Positions 49,528-61,028 of a DNA stretch of 64,000 nt are shown piece by piece. The stretch is from contig JANMWI010000015.1 in assembly GCA_031393955.1 (NCBI GenBank), forward strand, positions 7,320-71,319. Direction: 5' to 3'. Source of the DNA: Acidobacteriota bacterium (GTDB lineage Bacteria > Acidobacteriota > Vicinamibacteria > Vicinamibacterales > 2-12-FULL-66-21). The position numbers were made by a program, and so were the translations under genes. The notes under the pieces are model-generated. The model was given only the letters and a program-made list of their open reading frames with translations, had not been told where the DNA came from and did not search any database. Position 1 is the stretch's first letter. Each line of letters begins with the position of its first letter.

Positions 49528-50958
49528 TCAGGCTTTTTTCTTCGGCCGGTAGACGTGGGTCGCCTGGCCGAAGAAGACCTCGGCCGATTCCATGACGGTT
49601 TCGGAGAGCGTCGGATGCGGGTGGATCGTCATCCGCACATCGGTGGCGTTGGCGCCCATCTCGACCGCCAGCACGCCTTCGGCAATCAGCTCACCGGCGC
49701 CCGGCCCGACGATCCCGACGCCGAGCACGCGCTCGGTCGTCGGCTCGAGCACCAGCTTGGTCATCCCGTCCGAGCGGTCGAGCGTCTGGGCGCGGCCAGA
49801 CGCGCCCCACGGGAAGCGCGCCACGACGACCTCGCGCTTCTGCTGCCGGGCCTCGTTCTCGGTCAGGCCGCACCACGCCAGCTCGGGATCGGTGAAGACC
49901 ACCGCCGGGATCGCCAGCGGCTCGAACGCGACCCGCTCGCCGGCAATCGCCTCGACCGCCACCCGCCCCTCGTGCGAGGCCTTGTGGGCGAGCATCGGCT
50001 CGCCGACGACGTCGCCGATCGCGTAGATCGACGGCTCGGCGGTACGGCGCGCCGGATCGACCTCGATGAAGCCGCGCGGATTGACCTTGACGGCGGTGCG
50101 GTCCAGCCCGGGGACCGCCGAGTTCGGCCGCCGGCCGATCGAGATCAGGACGCGGTCGAATGTCCGCTCGCGCGCCTCGGGCGCCAGTCCCTCGCCTTCG
50201 AACGTCACCGCGACCCCGCTCTTGCCGTCTTTCATGCCGGTGACCTTGGTGTTGAGCAGCACCTGCTCGCACATCGACTCGATCCGCTTGGCGAGGATGT
50301 TGACCAGGTCGCGGTCGGCGCCGGGCAGCAGGCCGCCGGTCATTTCGACGACCGTCACCTTGGTGCCGAGCGCCGCGTAGACGGTGCCGAGCTCGAGGCC
50401 GATGTAGCCGCCGCCGACGACCAGCAGCGACTTCGGGATGTCGGGCAGTTCCAGCGCCGCGGTCGAGTCCATCACCCGCGGACTGTCGATGCTCAGCCCC
50501 GGCACCGTCGACGGGCGCGAGCCGGTCGCGATAATGGCGTGCTCGAAGGCAAGCGTGTCGGCGCCGCCGCCGGCCGCGGTCCGGGTGATCTCGAGGGTGT
50601 GCGCGTCCTTGAACGCCGCCGTGCCCTGGATGTAGGTGACCTTGCGCTGCTTGGAGAGCTGGCCGAGGCCGCCGGTCAGCTGGTTGACGACCTTGGTCTT
50701 GAAGGCGCGCAGCTGATCGATGTCGATCTTCGGCTCGCCGAAGGTGATGCCCCACGCCGCGGCGTGGCGGGCTTCGTTCAGGACGTCCGCGACGTGCAGC
50801 AGCGCCTTCGACGGAATACAGCCGCGGTAAAGGCAGACGCCGCCGGGGTTGACCGCCGGATCGACCAGCGTCACCTCCATCCCGAGGTCCGCCGCATAGA
50901 ACGCCGCCGCGTAGCCGCCGGGGCCCGCGCCAATCACGACCAGTTTCGTTGAAGCCAT
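49528..50958 (-). CDS. lpdA: Dihydrolipoyl dehydrogenase (E3)
   Basis: Has the FAD motif VIGAGPGGY, the redox disulfide GGVCLYRGCIPSK, the NAD motif VVGGGYIGLE and the C-terminal HPHPTLSE. Confidence 0.95.
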   Translation of the reverse strand: MASTKLVVIGAGPGGYAAAFYAADLGMEVTLVDPAVNPGGVCLYRGCIPSKALLHVADVLNEARHAAAWGITFGEPKIDIDQLRAFKTKVVNQLTGGLGQLSKQRKVTYIQGTAAFKDAHTLEITRTAAGGGADTLAFEHAIIATGSRPSTVPGLSIDSPRVMDSTAALELPDIPKSLLVVGGGYIGLELGTVYAALGTKVTVVEMTGGLLPGADRDLVNILAKRIESMCEQVLLNTKVTGMKDGKSGVAVTFEGEGLAPEARERTFDRVLISIGRRPNSAVPGLDRTAVKVNPRGFIEVDPARRTAEPSIYAIGDVVGEPMLAHKASHEGRVAVEAIAGERVAFEPLAIPAVVFTDPELAWCGLTENEARQQKREVVVARFPWGASGRAQTLDRSDGMTKLVLEPTTERVLGVGIVGPGAGELIAEGVLAVEMGANATDVRMTIHPHPTLSETVMESAEVFFGQATHVYRPKKKA

Positions 50959-50974
50959 CTTGGTATCTGTGCCG

Positions 50975-52429
50975 CTACAGCAGGACGACGAACGGCTGCT
51001 CGAACGCTTCCGCGACCCAGCGCAGGAAGCGGGCGCCGTCGGCGCCGTCGATGACGCGGTGATCGTAGGACAGCGACAGCGGCAGCATCTGGCGCGGCTG
51101 GAACGCCGTGCCGTCGTAGACCGCTTCGTGGACGCCCCGCGAAATGCCGAGGATCGCGACCTCGGGCCAGTTGACGATCGGCGTGAACGAGGTGCCGCCG
51201 ATGCCGCCGAGGTTGGTGATCGTGAAGCCGCCGCCCTGCATGTCGTCGAGCGAGAGCTTGCCGGCGCGGGCCTTCTCCGAGGCCTTGCCGAGATCGGCCG
51301 CCAGCTCGATCACGCCCTTGCGATCGACGTCGCGGATCACCGGCACCAGCAGGCCGCGCGGCGTATCGACGGCGACGCCGATGTGGACGGCGTGCTTGTA
51401 GATGATCTCCTGCCGCGCCATGTCGACCGAGGCGTTGAACTGCGGAAACTTGCGCAGCGCGGCGGCAATGATCTTGAGCGCCACGACCGTCATCGTCATC
51501 TTGCCGCCGGCCTTTTCGGCCTGCGGGCCGTACTGCTTGCGCAGCTGCTCGAGCGCGGTGATGTCGGCCTTGTCGTGCTGGGTGACATGCGGGATGGCGT
51601 GCCACGCGTGCGAGAGGTGCTCCGCCGTCTTCCGGCGGATGTTGCTCATCGGCTTGCGTTCGACCTCGCCCCATTTCGTGAAGTCGGGCAGCGGCGTGGC
51701 CGCCGCGGCGGCGCCGCCGCCCGCCCCCGAGAGCGCCGTGCGCACGAACGCCTGGACGTCCTCGACGCTGATCCGCCCCTCGGGCCCGGTGCCGGGGACC
51801 TGGCGGATCTCGACGCCGAGCTCGCGCGCCAGCCGGCGCACCGACGGCGCCGCCGGCGGCATCGAACCTTCGACCGGCTCGGCGCTGACGGCTGGCGCCG
51901 ACGGCGCCGCCGCTGCCGGGCGCGCGCCGCGGTCGATGTTGATGACCTCGCCGCGTGCCTTGGCCGGTGCCGCCTCCTGAGCCTGACCGCCGCCCCGCGG
52001 GGCCGCGTCGGTGTCGTCGGCCGAATCTGTCGTCCCGCGCTCGCGTTCGGCCGCCCCCTTCTGCGCCGCCGCCCCCTTCGCGGCCGGCGCCGCGGCGGCA
52101 TTGTCCTGGCTCTCGGCGCCGGCGTCCGGTGCGGGGGCGGGCTCCCCCTTGGCCTCGGTCTTCGGCTGGTCGACACCGCCAGCCTTGGCGTCGCCGCCGT
52201 CCACCGTCAGGACGACCTGGCCGACCTTGATCCGCTCCCCTTGCTTGACGCGTATCTCCTTGACGACGCCGGCGACGCTCGACGGCACTTCGATCGTGGC
52301 CTTGTCGGTTTCGAGCTCGAGGACCGCCTGGTCCTTCGCCACCGTGTCGCCGACCGCGACCAGGACGCGGGCGACGTCCCCCGCGGTTATGTTTTCACCA
52401 AGCTCGGGAAGCGTGAAGTCTGTGGGCAT
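50975..52429 (-). CDS. aceF: Dihydrolipoamide acetyltransferase (E2) of the pyruvate dehydrogenase complex
   Basis: One lipoyl domain (LELETDKATIEVPS), an Ala/Pro-rich linker and the E3-binding domain (PSVRRLARELGVEI) are present. The catalytic block is SLSYDHRVIDGADGARF. Confidence 0.9.
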   Translation of the reverse strand: MPTDFTLPELGENITAGDVARVLVAVGDTVAKDQAVLELETDKATIEVPSSVAGVVKEIRVKQGERIKVGQVVLTVDGGDAKAGGVDQPKTEAKGEPAPAPDAGAESQDNAAAAPAAKGAAAQKGAAERERGTTDSADDTDAAPRGGGQAQEAAPAKARGEVINIDRGARPAAAAPSAPAVSAEPVEGSMPPAAPSVRRLARELGVEIRQVPGTGPEGRISVEDVQAFVRTALSGAGGGAAAAATPLPDFTKWGEVERKPMSNIRRKTAEHLSHAWHAIPHVTQHDKADITALEQLRKQYGPQAEKAGGKMTMTVVALKIIAAALRKFPQFNASVDMARQEIIYKHAVHIGVAVDTPRGLLVPVIRDVDRKGVIELAADLGKASEKARAGKLSLDDMQGGGFTITNLGGIGGTSFTPIVNWPEVAILGISRGVHEAVYDGTAFQPRQMLPLSLSYDHRVIDGADGARFLRWVAEAFEQPFVVLL

Positions 52430-52448
52430 GGGTCGCTGGTCTCTACCG

Positions 52449-55121
<2,673 letters not shown>

Positions 55122-55227
55122 CTCATGATCCTTGGCCGATGGGCGCGTCCGTCCTGCGGTCGTGTCGGGGCCCCGCGCTGCCGTGCCGCGGCGGACCCCA
55201 TCCCTGCAGGCTGTGGTTTCTGGGGCT

Positions 55228-55245
55228 TACAATCCTCTTATTGTA
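55228..55245. promoter_or_regulatory. Inverted repeat TACAAT-N6-ATTGTA in the aceE / M49-peptidase divergent region
   Basis: Perfect 6-bp arms. Each arm reads as a near-consensus -10 hexamer (TACAAT) on its own strand. Confidence 0.25.
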
Positions 55246-55349
55246 GTCCGTCACGCAGCCGTCGCCTAGCCGGGGGCTGCCGACGCCGCGGCGCGGCGCG
55301 ATCGCCGGCAGCGCCCGGCGGCGGACGGTTGGCACAAGTGTGAAACCAT

Positions 55350-57128
55350 ATGCAGATGAAGACGTTGACCGCCGCCATGCTGTCCGCCGCCGTCGTCGGC
55401 GCGCCGTTTGCCGCCAGCGCGCTTCGCGCCGCGGCTGGAGATTTGTCCGTGACGCAACAGGTGCCGCCCCCGACTCCGCCGCCCGCCATCCCGACCACGG
55501 CCGAGCTCCGTGAGATGACCGCCCGGTTTGTGCCGGCGGACATCAGCGCTGACCTCACAACGCTGCCGGAGAACGAGCGCCAGGCGCTCGGCAAACTGGT
55601 CGAGGCGGCGCGGCTGATGGACAGCCTGTTCCTGCGCCAGGTCTGGGCCGGCAACGATGCCATGCTGCAGGAGCTGGCGGTCGCTGCGGTGACGAAAGGA
55701 TCGGGCGCCGCCGACACGCGCCAGGCCGACGCCGAGGCGCGCCTTCATTACTTCCTGATCAACAAGGGGCCGTGGTCCCGGCTCGATCACAACCGCGTCT
55801 TCATCGCCGGCGCCCCGGCCAAGCCGGAGCCGGCCAATTTCTATCCGGCTGGCGCCGACAAGGCCGCGATCGAACGCTGGCTGGACGGGCTGAGCGGCCC
55901 TGCCCGGACCGCCGCCGGCGGTTTCTTCACGACCATCAGGCGAACGCCCGGCAGCTCGGCCGACGCGGCCTTCACCGCGGTCCCGTACAGCCTGGAGTAT
56001 CAGCCCGAACTGGCCCGGGCAGCGGCGCTGCTCCGCGAGGCGGCGGCGCTGACCGCCGAACCGACGCTCAAGAAGTTCCTGTCGTCGCGCGCCGACGCGT
56101 TCCTGACCAATGACTACTACGCGAGCGACGTCGCCTGGATGGAGCTCGATGCCGCGATCGAACCCACCATTGGACCGTACGAGGTCTACGAAGACGAATG
56201 GTTCAACGCCAAGGCCGCCTTCGAGGCCTTCATTACCGTCCGCGACGCGGCCGAATCGACCCGCCTGCAGGCCTTCTCGGCCCACCTTCAGGAGCTCGAG
56301 AACGCCCTGCCGATCGATCCGAAGTACCGCAACCCGAAGCTCGGCGCGCTGGCGCCGATTCGCGTCGTCAACGTCGTCTTCACGGCCGGCGACGCCAACC
56401 GCGGCGTGCAGACCGCGGCCTACAACCTGCCCAACGACGAGCGGGTGGTCCGCGAGAAGGGCACCAAGCGGGTGATGCTCAAGAACATGCAGGACGCGAA
56501 GTTCAACCGCGTGCTGGTGCCGATCAGCAAGGTGGCGCTGTCGGCCGCCGACCAGCGCAATGTCTCGTTCGAGGCGTTCTTCACCCACATTCTGATGCAC
56601 GAACTGATGCACGGCCTCGGCCCGCACAACATCACCGCCGGCGGGCGCGAGACGACGGTGCGTCAGGAGCTCAAGGAGACCTACAGCGCCATCGAGGAGG
56701 CGAAGGCCGACGCCTCGGGCCTGTGGGCGCTCCAGCAGCTCGCCGACCGCAAGCTCGTCGACCCGGCGATCGCGAAAACGATGTACACCACCTTCCTCGC
56801 CTCGGCGTTCCGGTCGATCCGCTTCGGGATCAACGAGGCCCACGGCCGCGGCATCGCCGTGCAGCTCAATTACCTGCTCGACGCCGGCGCCTTCAAGGTG
56901 ATGCCCGGCGGCACGTTCGCGGTCGATGCCGCGAAGATTGCCGACGCGGTGACCGCGCTGACCCGCGAGATCATGACAATCGAGGCGGAAGGGGATTACA
57001 CGAAGGCGAAAGCGCTCATCGAACGACTCGGCGTGGTGCGCCCGCCGGTCCAGAAAATCCTCGATCGGCTGGCGGCCGTCCCAGTCGATATCGAACCGAA
57101 ATTCACCGCCGCTGAACGGATGAGGTAA
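55350..57128 (+). CDS. Secreted M49-like (dipeptidyl-peptidase III-related) zinc hydrolase
   Basis: A signal peptide is followed by HILMHELMHGLGPH and the downstream EEAKADASGLWAL. This is the two-motif zinc site arrangement of DPP III relatives. Confidence 0.6.
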   Translation: MQMKTLTAAMLSAAVVGAPFAASALRAAAGDLSVTQQVPPPTPPPAIPTTAELREMTARFVPADISADLTTLPENERQALGKLVEAARLMDSLFLRQVWAGNDAMLQELAVAAVTKGSGAADTRQADAEARLHYFLINKGPWSRLDHNRVFIAGAPAKPEPANFYPAGADKAAIERWLDGLSGPARTAAGGFFTTIRRTPGSSADAAFTAVPYSLEYQPELARAAALLREAAALTAEPTLKKFLSSRADAFLTNDYYASDVAWMELDAAIEPTIGPYEVYEDEWFNAKAAFEAFITVRDAAESTRLQAFSAHLQELENALPIDPKYRNPKLGALAPIRVVNVVFTAGDANRGVQTAAYNLPNDERVVREKGTKRVMLKNMQDAKFNRVLVPISKVALSAADQRNVSFEAFFTHILMHELMHGLGPHNITAGGRETTVRQELKETYSAIEEAKADASGLWALQQLADRKLVDPAIAKTMYTTFLASAFRSIRFGINEAHGRGIAVQLNYLLDAGAFKVMPGGTFAVDAAKIADAVTALTREIMTIEAEGDYTKAKALIERLGVVRPPVQKILDRLAAVPVDIEPKFTAAERMR

Positions 57129-57168
57129 CTGATCCTCAGCGGCACCCGTCAGGCCGGGACGCGCCGGT

Positions 57169-58893
57169 TCACCACTCCAGGACGAGCAGCGACACGGCCT
57201 GGCGCGGCAGCGCAAACGTGAGCGTCGCCTGCGATCCCACGACGTCGACGCCGCTCGGCGCGGCCAGCGGCTGCAGCTGCCCGGCCTGCTCGAGCATCGC
57301 GTACTGCCGTCCGGTCGGCTTCGGCGGCGACCCGATGCGCTGCCAGGCGGTGTAGGCGTTGCTGTGATCGCGGTCGACCCGGAAGTGCCGCAGGCGGAGA
57401 CGGCCGGCTGTCGCCGGCAGGCCGGCGACGGTCAGCGACACCGCGGCGCCCGGCCCCGCCACATCGTCGTCGTGATAATGCCAGACGAGGATCGTCAGCC
57501 GGCGGGCGTCGCGGCTTGCCAGCACTCCGACGTCCGGACGCTCGCGCACGCCGTTCGTCAGCATTACGTCGAGCGGCACCGCCGCGTCGCTCGACGCCTG
57601 CACGCGCTCGGCCCCCATCAGGCTGAACATTCGGAAGACGTTCAGGACCGGCTGGTCGAGGCCGTTGCTGGCGAGCACCCGGAAGCCGGCGAAGTACGGC
57701 TGGTCCTCGAACTCGAACGCCCAGGTCAGCGCCCCCTGAAGATTGACGCCGTGCCGCGCCGCGAGATCGTAGTGGCGAGCGAATACGGCCGCCGTATAGC
57801 TCGAATACATTGTCGTGTTCCGGTAGCCGAGCTGCGGCCCCTGGCACGCGGCACAGCCGTCAGGATCGGATTCGCCGATGACGATGGGCGTCGCTTTGAG
57901 CTCGGGAAAGGACGCGATCATCCGGAACCCCTCATCGATGGTCGCCAGCTGATTGACGATCCCGAGCCGGACGTGCCCGTCGACGAAGGTCGGCTTGCCC
58001 TTGGCATGAAACGACACGAAATCCACCGGCGTGCCGGCCGCGCCGGTCGCGTGATTGGTGCCGTGGAGGACGTGCGCGAAGAAGTCCCGCGCGAAGCGGC
58101 CGCCATGGCCGGCCACATCGGGCCCGCCAACCCGGGCCGTCGGCAGCGCGCGCCGGACGCCGTCGATCGCGAAGTCGTGGAGCTTCTGGAACTCTTCCGG
58201 CGTCCCCCGCCAGTAGCCGATGTTGGGCTCGTTCCAGACCTCCCAATACCACTGCTCGACTTCGGCCCGGCCGTAGCGCTCGACCGCGTGCCGGGTCCAC
58301 GCATAGGCGAGGTCGCCCCACTTCTTGTAGTCCTTGGGCGGATAAGCCCAGCCGGTGTAGATGTCGTCGTACTTCGCGGTCGGCGTCCACGAGTGCTGGT
58401 ATGGATCGGGCGCGATCGAAAGCGCCTTCGGCATGAAGCCGATCTGGACGTACGGTTTGACGCCCCGCTTCAGATAGGTGTCGAAGATGCGATCGACGAT
58501 CGTCCAGTCGTAGATCGGCCGCCCCTGCGCGTCCTCACGATAGGCGTTGGTCGATCCCCACTTGAGCGCCGGCGTGCCGTCGCCGGTCGTCAGCAGGTTG
58601 TGGGTCCGGAAGAACACCCGGCCGGGCGCCAGGCGTCCGAGTTCGCCGATCAGTTTCCGGCCGTCCTTCATGTAGGCGTAGTTCGGCTCGTCGGCGCCGA
58701 AGAACCGCCACACCGGCTCGAGCGGCCCGGCCGCGGCGCCGGCGTCGACACGCATCGCGACCGGGAACGAGGCCCCTTCCTGCAGAGGGACCGGCGACTG
58801 CCTCCCTCCGGGCGTTCGTCCCGGGGTCACGACGCCGACGGCGGCGAGCATGGCCGTGACGATCAGCGTTGTCGCGAAGCGGTTCCTGGTCAC
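57169..58893 (-). CDS. Secreted clan GH-A glycoside hydrolase, GH39-like
   Basis: The GTG start (VTRNRFATTLIVTAMLAAVG, a signal peptide) overlaps the SET stop (GTGA). The acid/base block is WYWEVWNEPN, and the nucleophile region is PIVIGESDPDG. Confidence 0.65.
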   Translation of the reverse strand: MTRNRFATTLIVTAMLAAVGVVTPGRTPGGRQSPVPLQEGASFPVAMRVDAGAAAGPLEPVWRFFGADEPNYAYMKDGRKLIGELGRLAPGRVFFRTHNLLTTGDGTPALKWGSTNAYREDAQGRPIYDWTIVDRIFDTYLKRGVKPYVQIGFMPKALSIAPDPYQHSWTPTAKYDDIYTGWAYPPKDYKKWGDLAYAWTRHAVERYGRAEVEQWYWEVWNEPNIGYWRGTPEEFQKLHDFAIDGVRRALPTARVGGPDVAGHGGRFARDFFAHVLHGTNHATGAAGTPVDFVSFHAKGKPTFVDGHVRLGIVNQLATIDEGFRMIASFPELKATPIVIGESDPDGCAACQGPQLGYRNTTMYSSYTAAVFARHYDLAARHGVNLQGALTWAFEFEDQPYFAGFRVLASNGLDQPVLNVFRMFSLMGAERVQASSDAAVPLDVMLTNGVRERPDVGVLASRDARRLTILVWHYHDDDVAGPGAAVSLTVAGLPATAGRLRLRHFRVDRDHSNAYTAWQRIGSPPKPTGRQYAMLEQAGQLQPLAAPSGVDVVGSQATLTFALPRQAVSLLVLEW

Positions 58894-59339
58894 AGCACCT
58901 TCCGGCAGCCGGGGCGGCAGCGGCAGCGGATGCCGGCATAGCCGTCGGTGTTGTAGTCGTAGGTCAGCTCTTGCCCCTTGCGAATGGCGCGGGCGGTAAT
59001 GATCCAGATCGTGTGCCGGACGATGTCCGAATAGCAGTTGGGCCGGCAGCCATGGTTGATGTAACGGGCGATGTTGCCGCCGACGGCCGCATCTCTCGCC
59101 CAGGTGCCGTTGATGTTGAAGATCCAGATCCGCTGCCGCGGCAGGTAGCGGCATTCGCGGCGCCACGCCTCGGCCTGAGGGACGAGCTCTCCTTTGTACT
59201 CGGCGACCCTGGTCTCGGCCGGGATGTCCTGGCCGGCATACACGCCCCATCCGGCAATCGCCGAGCGACGGCGGATCAGACGGGGAAGGTCAGGGATTGC
59301 CGCGCGGTCGGCTCGTGATCGTGTGCTCGTCGTTGACAT
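58890..59339 (-). CDS. Minimal SET-domain protein (putative protein lysine methyltransferase) with post-SET Cys cluster
   Basis: Contains GWGVYAG, ARYINHGCRPNC (NHxCxPN), GQELTYDY (ELxYDY) and the C-terminal IRCRCRPGCRKVL. Confidence 0.85.
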   Translation of the reverse strand: MSTTSTRSRADRAAIPDLPRLIRRRSAIAGWGVYAGQDIPAETRVAEYKGELVPQAEAWRRECRYLPRQRIWIFNINGTWARDAAVGGNIARYINHGCRPNCYSDIVRHTIWIITARAIRKGQELTYDYNTDGYAGIRCRCRPGCRKVL

Positions 59340-59361
59340 GTCTCCTGGCCGGGATCCGCCG

Positions 59362-60192
59362 CTACTCCTCCGCCGGCGGCACTGCCACGGCCAGCTCGGC
59401 GACCGCCTGGATCAACTCCACTACCGGGACCGGCTTCCTGATGTGACGATCGAAGCCGGCGGCGAGCGCGCGGCCGACATCTTCCTCGCGCACATAGGCG
59501 GTCAGCGCAATCGCCGGCGTCCTGCCCGCCTCGACGATCGGCAGCCGGCGCACGGTGCGGATCAGCTCGTAGCCGTCCTGATCGGGCATCGCGATGTCGC
59601 TGACGAGGACGTCGGGGCGGCGGCCGCGGAACCGCTCGAGCGCGCTCGCCGCCGTGGCGGCGGGTCGCCCAGGCGTCCGCCTGGGTGAAGCGGCGATTTC
59701 GGCGCGGAGCGCGTCGTTCGCCTCCTTGAGCTCGCGCGTGCTCAACGCCATCCGCTGTTCGAGCTGGTCATGGGCGCGCTGCAGCGCCTCACCGCGGCGG
59801 TTCACGGCGGCGTGCTGGCGGAACCGCGCCGTCCAGACCGCCACCTTGGAGCGGAGCAGGTCGACGTCGAACGGCTTGAAGATGTAGTCGACCGCGCCGG
59901 CGGCGTAGCCCCGCGACAGATCCAGATCGCTGCTGCACTCGGCGGCGATGAAGATGAGGGCGGTGTCGCGCGACCGGTCCCCATGGCGGAGCCGCACCGC
60001 CCGCTCGTAGAGCTCCGGCGGCGCGAGGTCGAGCAGCACCAGCGCGAAATCGTTCGCCCGAAGCTCGCGGAGGGCGTCGCGTTCCGACCGGGCGCGCACC
60101 AGCCGGAACGCCGGGGCCGGCAGGATCGTCTCGAGCACGCCGAGGTCCGAATCCGGAACGCCAACGAGCAGGATGTCGGCGCGGGCGGTCAC
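59362..60192 (-). CDS. Atypical response regulator: degenerate N-terminal receiver, coiled-coil linker, N-terminally truncated C-terminal receiver
   Basis: REC1 ([10 protein letters not shown] ... LVLLDLAPP ... IFKPF) lacks the acidic DD pair. The coiled coil reads [33 protein letters not shown]2 begins only at [18 protein letters not shown] ... ALTAY ... HIRKPV. Confidence 0.7.
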   Translation of the reverse strand: MTARADILLVGVPDSDLGVLETILPAPAFRLVRARSERDALRELRANDFALVLLDLAPPELYERAVRLRHGDRSRDTALIFIAAECSSDLDLSRGYAAGAVDYIFKPFDVDLLRSKVAVWTARFRQHAAVNRRGEALQRAHDQLEQRMALSTRELKEANDALRAEIAASPRRTPGRPAATAASALERFRGRRPDVLVSDIAMPDQDGYELIRTVRRLPIVEAGRTPAIALTAYVREEDVGRALAAGFDRHIRKPVPVVELIQAVAELAVAVPPAEE

Positions 60193-60986
60193 CCGGTCAC
60201 CTCGCGGACGGCCGCCACGGCAAGGTCAGGCCGGTCGCTGATGATCCCGTCCACCCCCCACGACGCCAGGCGGCGGACATCCCCCGGATCGTTGACGGTC
60301 CAGACATTCAGCGGCAGCCCGGCGCGGTGCACGTAGTCGACGAACCGCGGCGACACGACCGTGGTCGAGCCGGACCGCTCCGGCAGCTGGAGGTCGCGAT
60401 AGGGCGCGTCGCCGAGCGGCCACCGCAGCCAGGATCGATAGAGCGCCCAGCGCGCTTCGCCGCGCGAGGCGCCGGTGCGGATCCGCGGCGCCCGGCGGCG
60501 GACGGCGGCGAGGACGCGGCGGCCGAACGACCCGAACACGACCCGCTCTTCCGCGCCGGCGGCGCGGACCTCGTCGACCGCCCGCTCGGCGAGCGCTTCC
60601 TGGTTGACCTTGAGCTCGACGATGAGCGGAACGGCGGGATAGCGCTCGAGCACCTCGCGCAGCCGCGGCACCGCGATCCCCTGTCCCCTGAACGGGTAGC
60701 CGTCACCGCCGGCCGGCGTGAACCAGTAGCCGGCGTCGACGCGGTCGAGCTCAGCCGCGGTGCAGCCGGCGATCGGCCCGCGGCGGTCGGTGGTCCGGTC
60801 GAGCATCGCGTCGTGATGGACCACGACGACGCCGTCGCGCGAGAGGTGGACGTCGAGCTCGAGGCCGTCGGCGCCGAGCGCCAGCCCGTGATCGAACGCC
60901 GCCAGCGTATTCTCCGGCCGGAGCAGCGCCCCACCGCGGTGGGCATAGACGAGCGGAGCGCGCGCGCCTGCAGACAAGGCGCTCAT
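60189..60986 (-). CDS. Glycerophosphodiester phosphodiesterase (GDPD family)
   Basis: Contains VYAHRGG...[26 protein letters not shown] and VWTVND. The start was chosen at MSALSAG (ATG at 60986); the ATG at 61007 is also possible. The stop overlaps the RR start. Confidence 0.85.
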   Translation of the reverse strand: MSALSAGARAPLVYAHRGGALLRPENTLAAFDHGLALGADGLELDVHLSRDGVVVVHHDAMLDRTTDRRGPIAGCTAAELDRVDAGYWFTPAGGDGYPFRGQGIAVPRLREVLERYPAVPLIVELKVNQEALAERAVDEVRAAGAEERVVFGSFGRRVLAAVRRRAPRIRTGASRGEARWALYRSWLRWPLGDAPYRDLQLPERSGSTTVVSPRFVDYVHRAGLPLNVWTVNDPGDVRRLASWGVDGIISDRPDLAVAAVREVTG

Positions 60987-61028
60987 TGTAGCCTCCAGCC
61001 GCCGCAACCGCGGGTGATAAGATGCCGT

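Noticed and set aside
55330-55345. TGGCAC upstream of the M49-like gene, as a possible sigma-54 -24 element.
   Set aside because: The -12 position reads TGAA instead of TTGC, so there is no GC dinucleotide at the required 12-nt register.
55266-57215. A 649-aa minus-strand ORF opposite the M49-like peptidase. Similar shadows lie at 45858-47117, 57364-58941, 61218-62552 and 62413-63945.
   Set aside because: The reasoning is the same: each is antisense to a motif-bearing gene and has no recognisable domain, RBS or sensible start.
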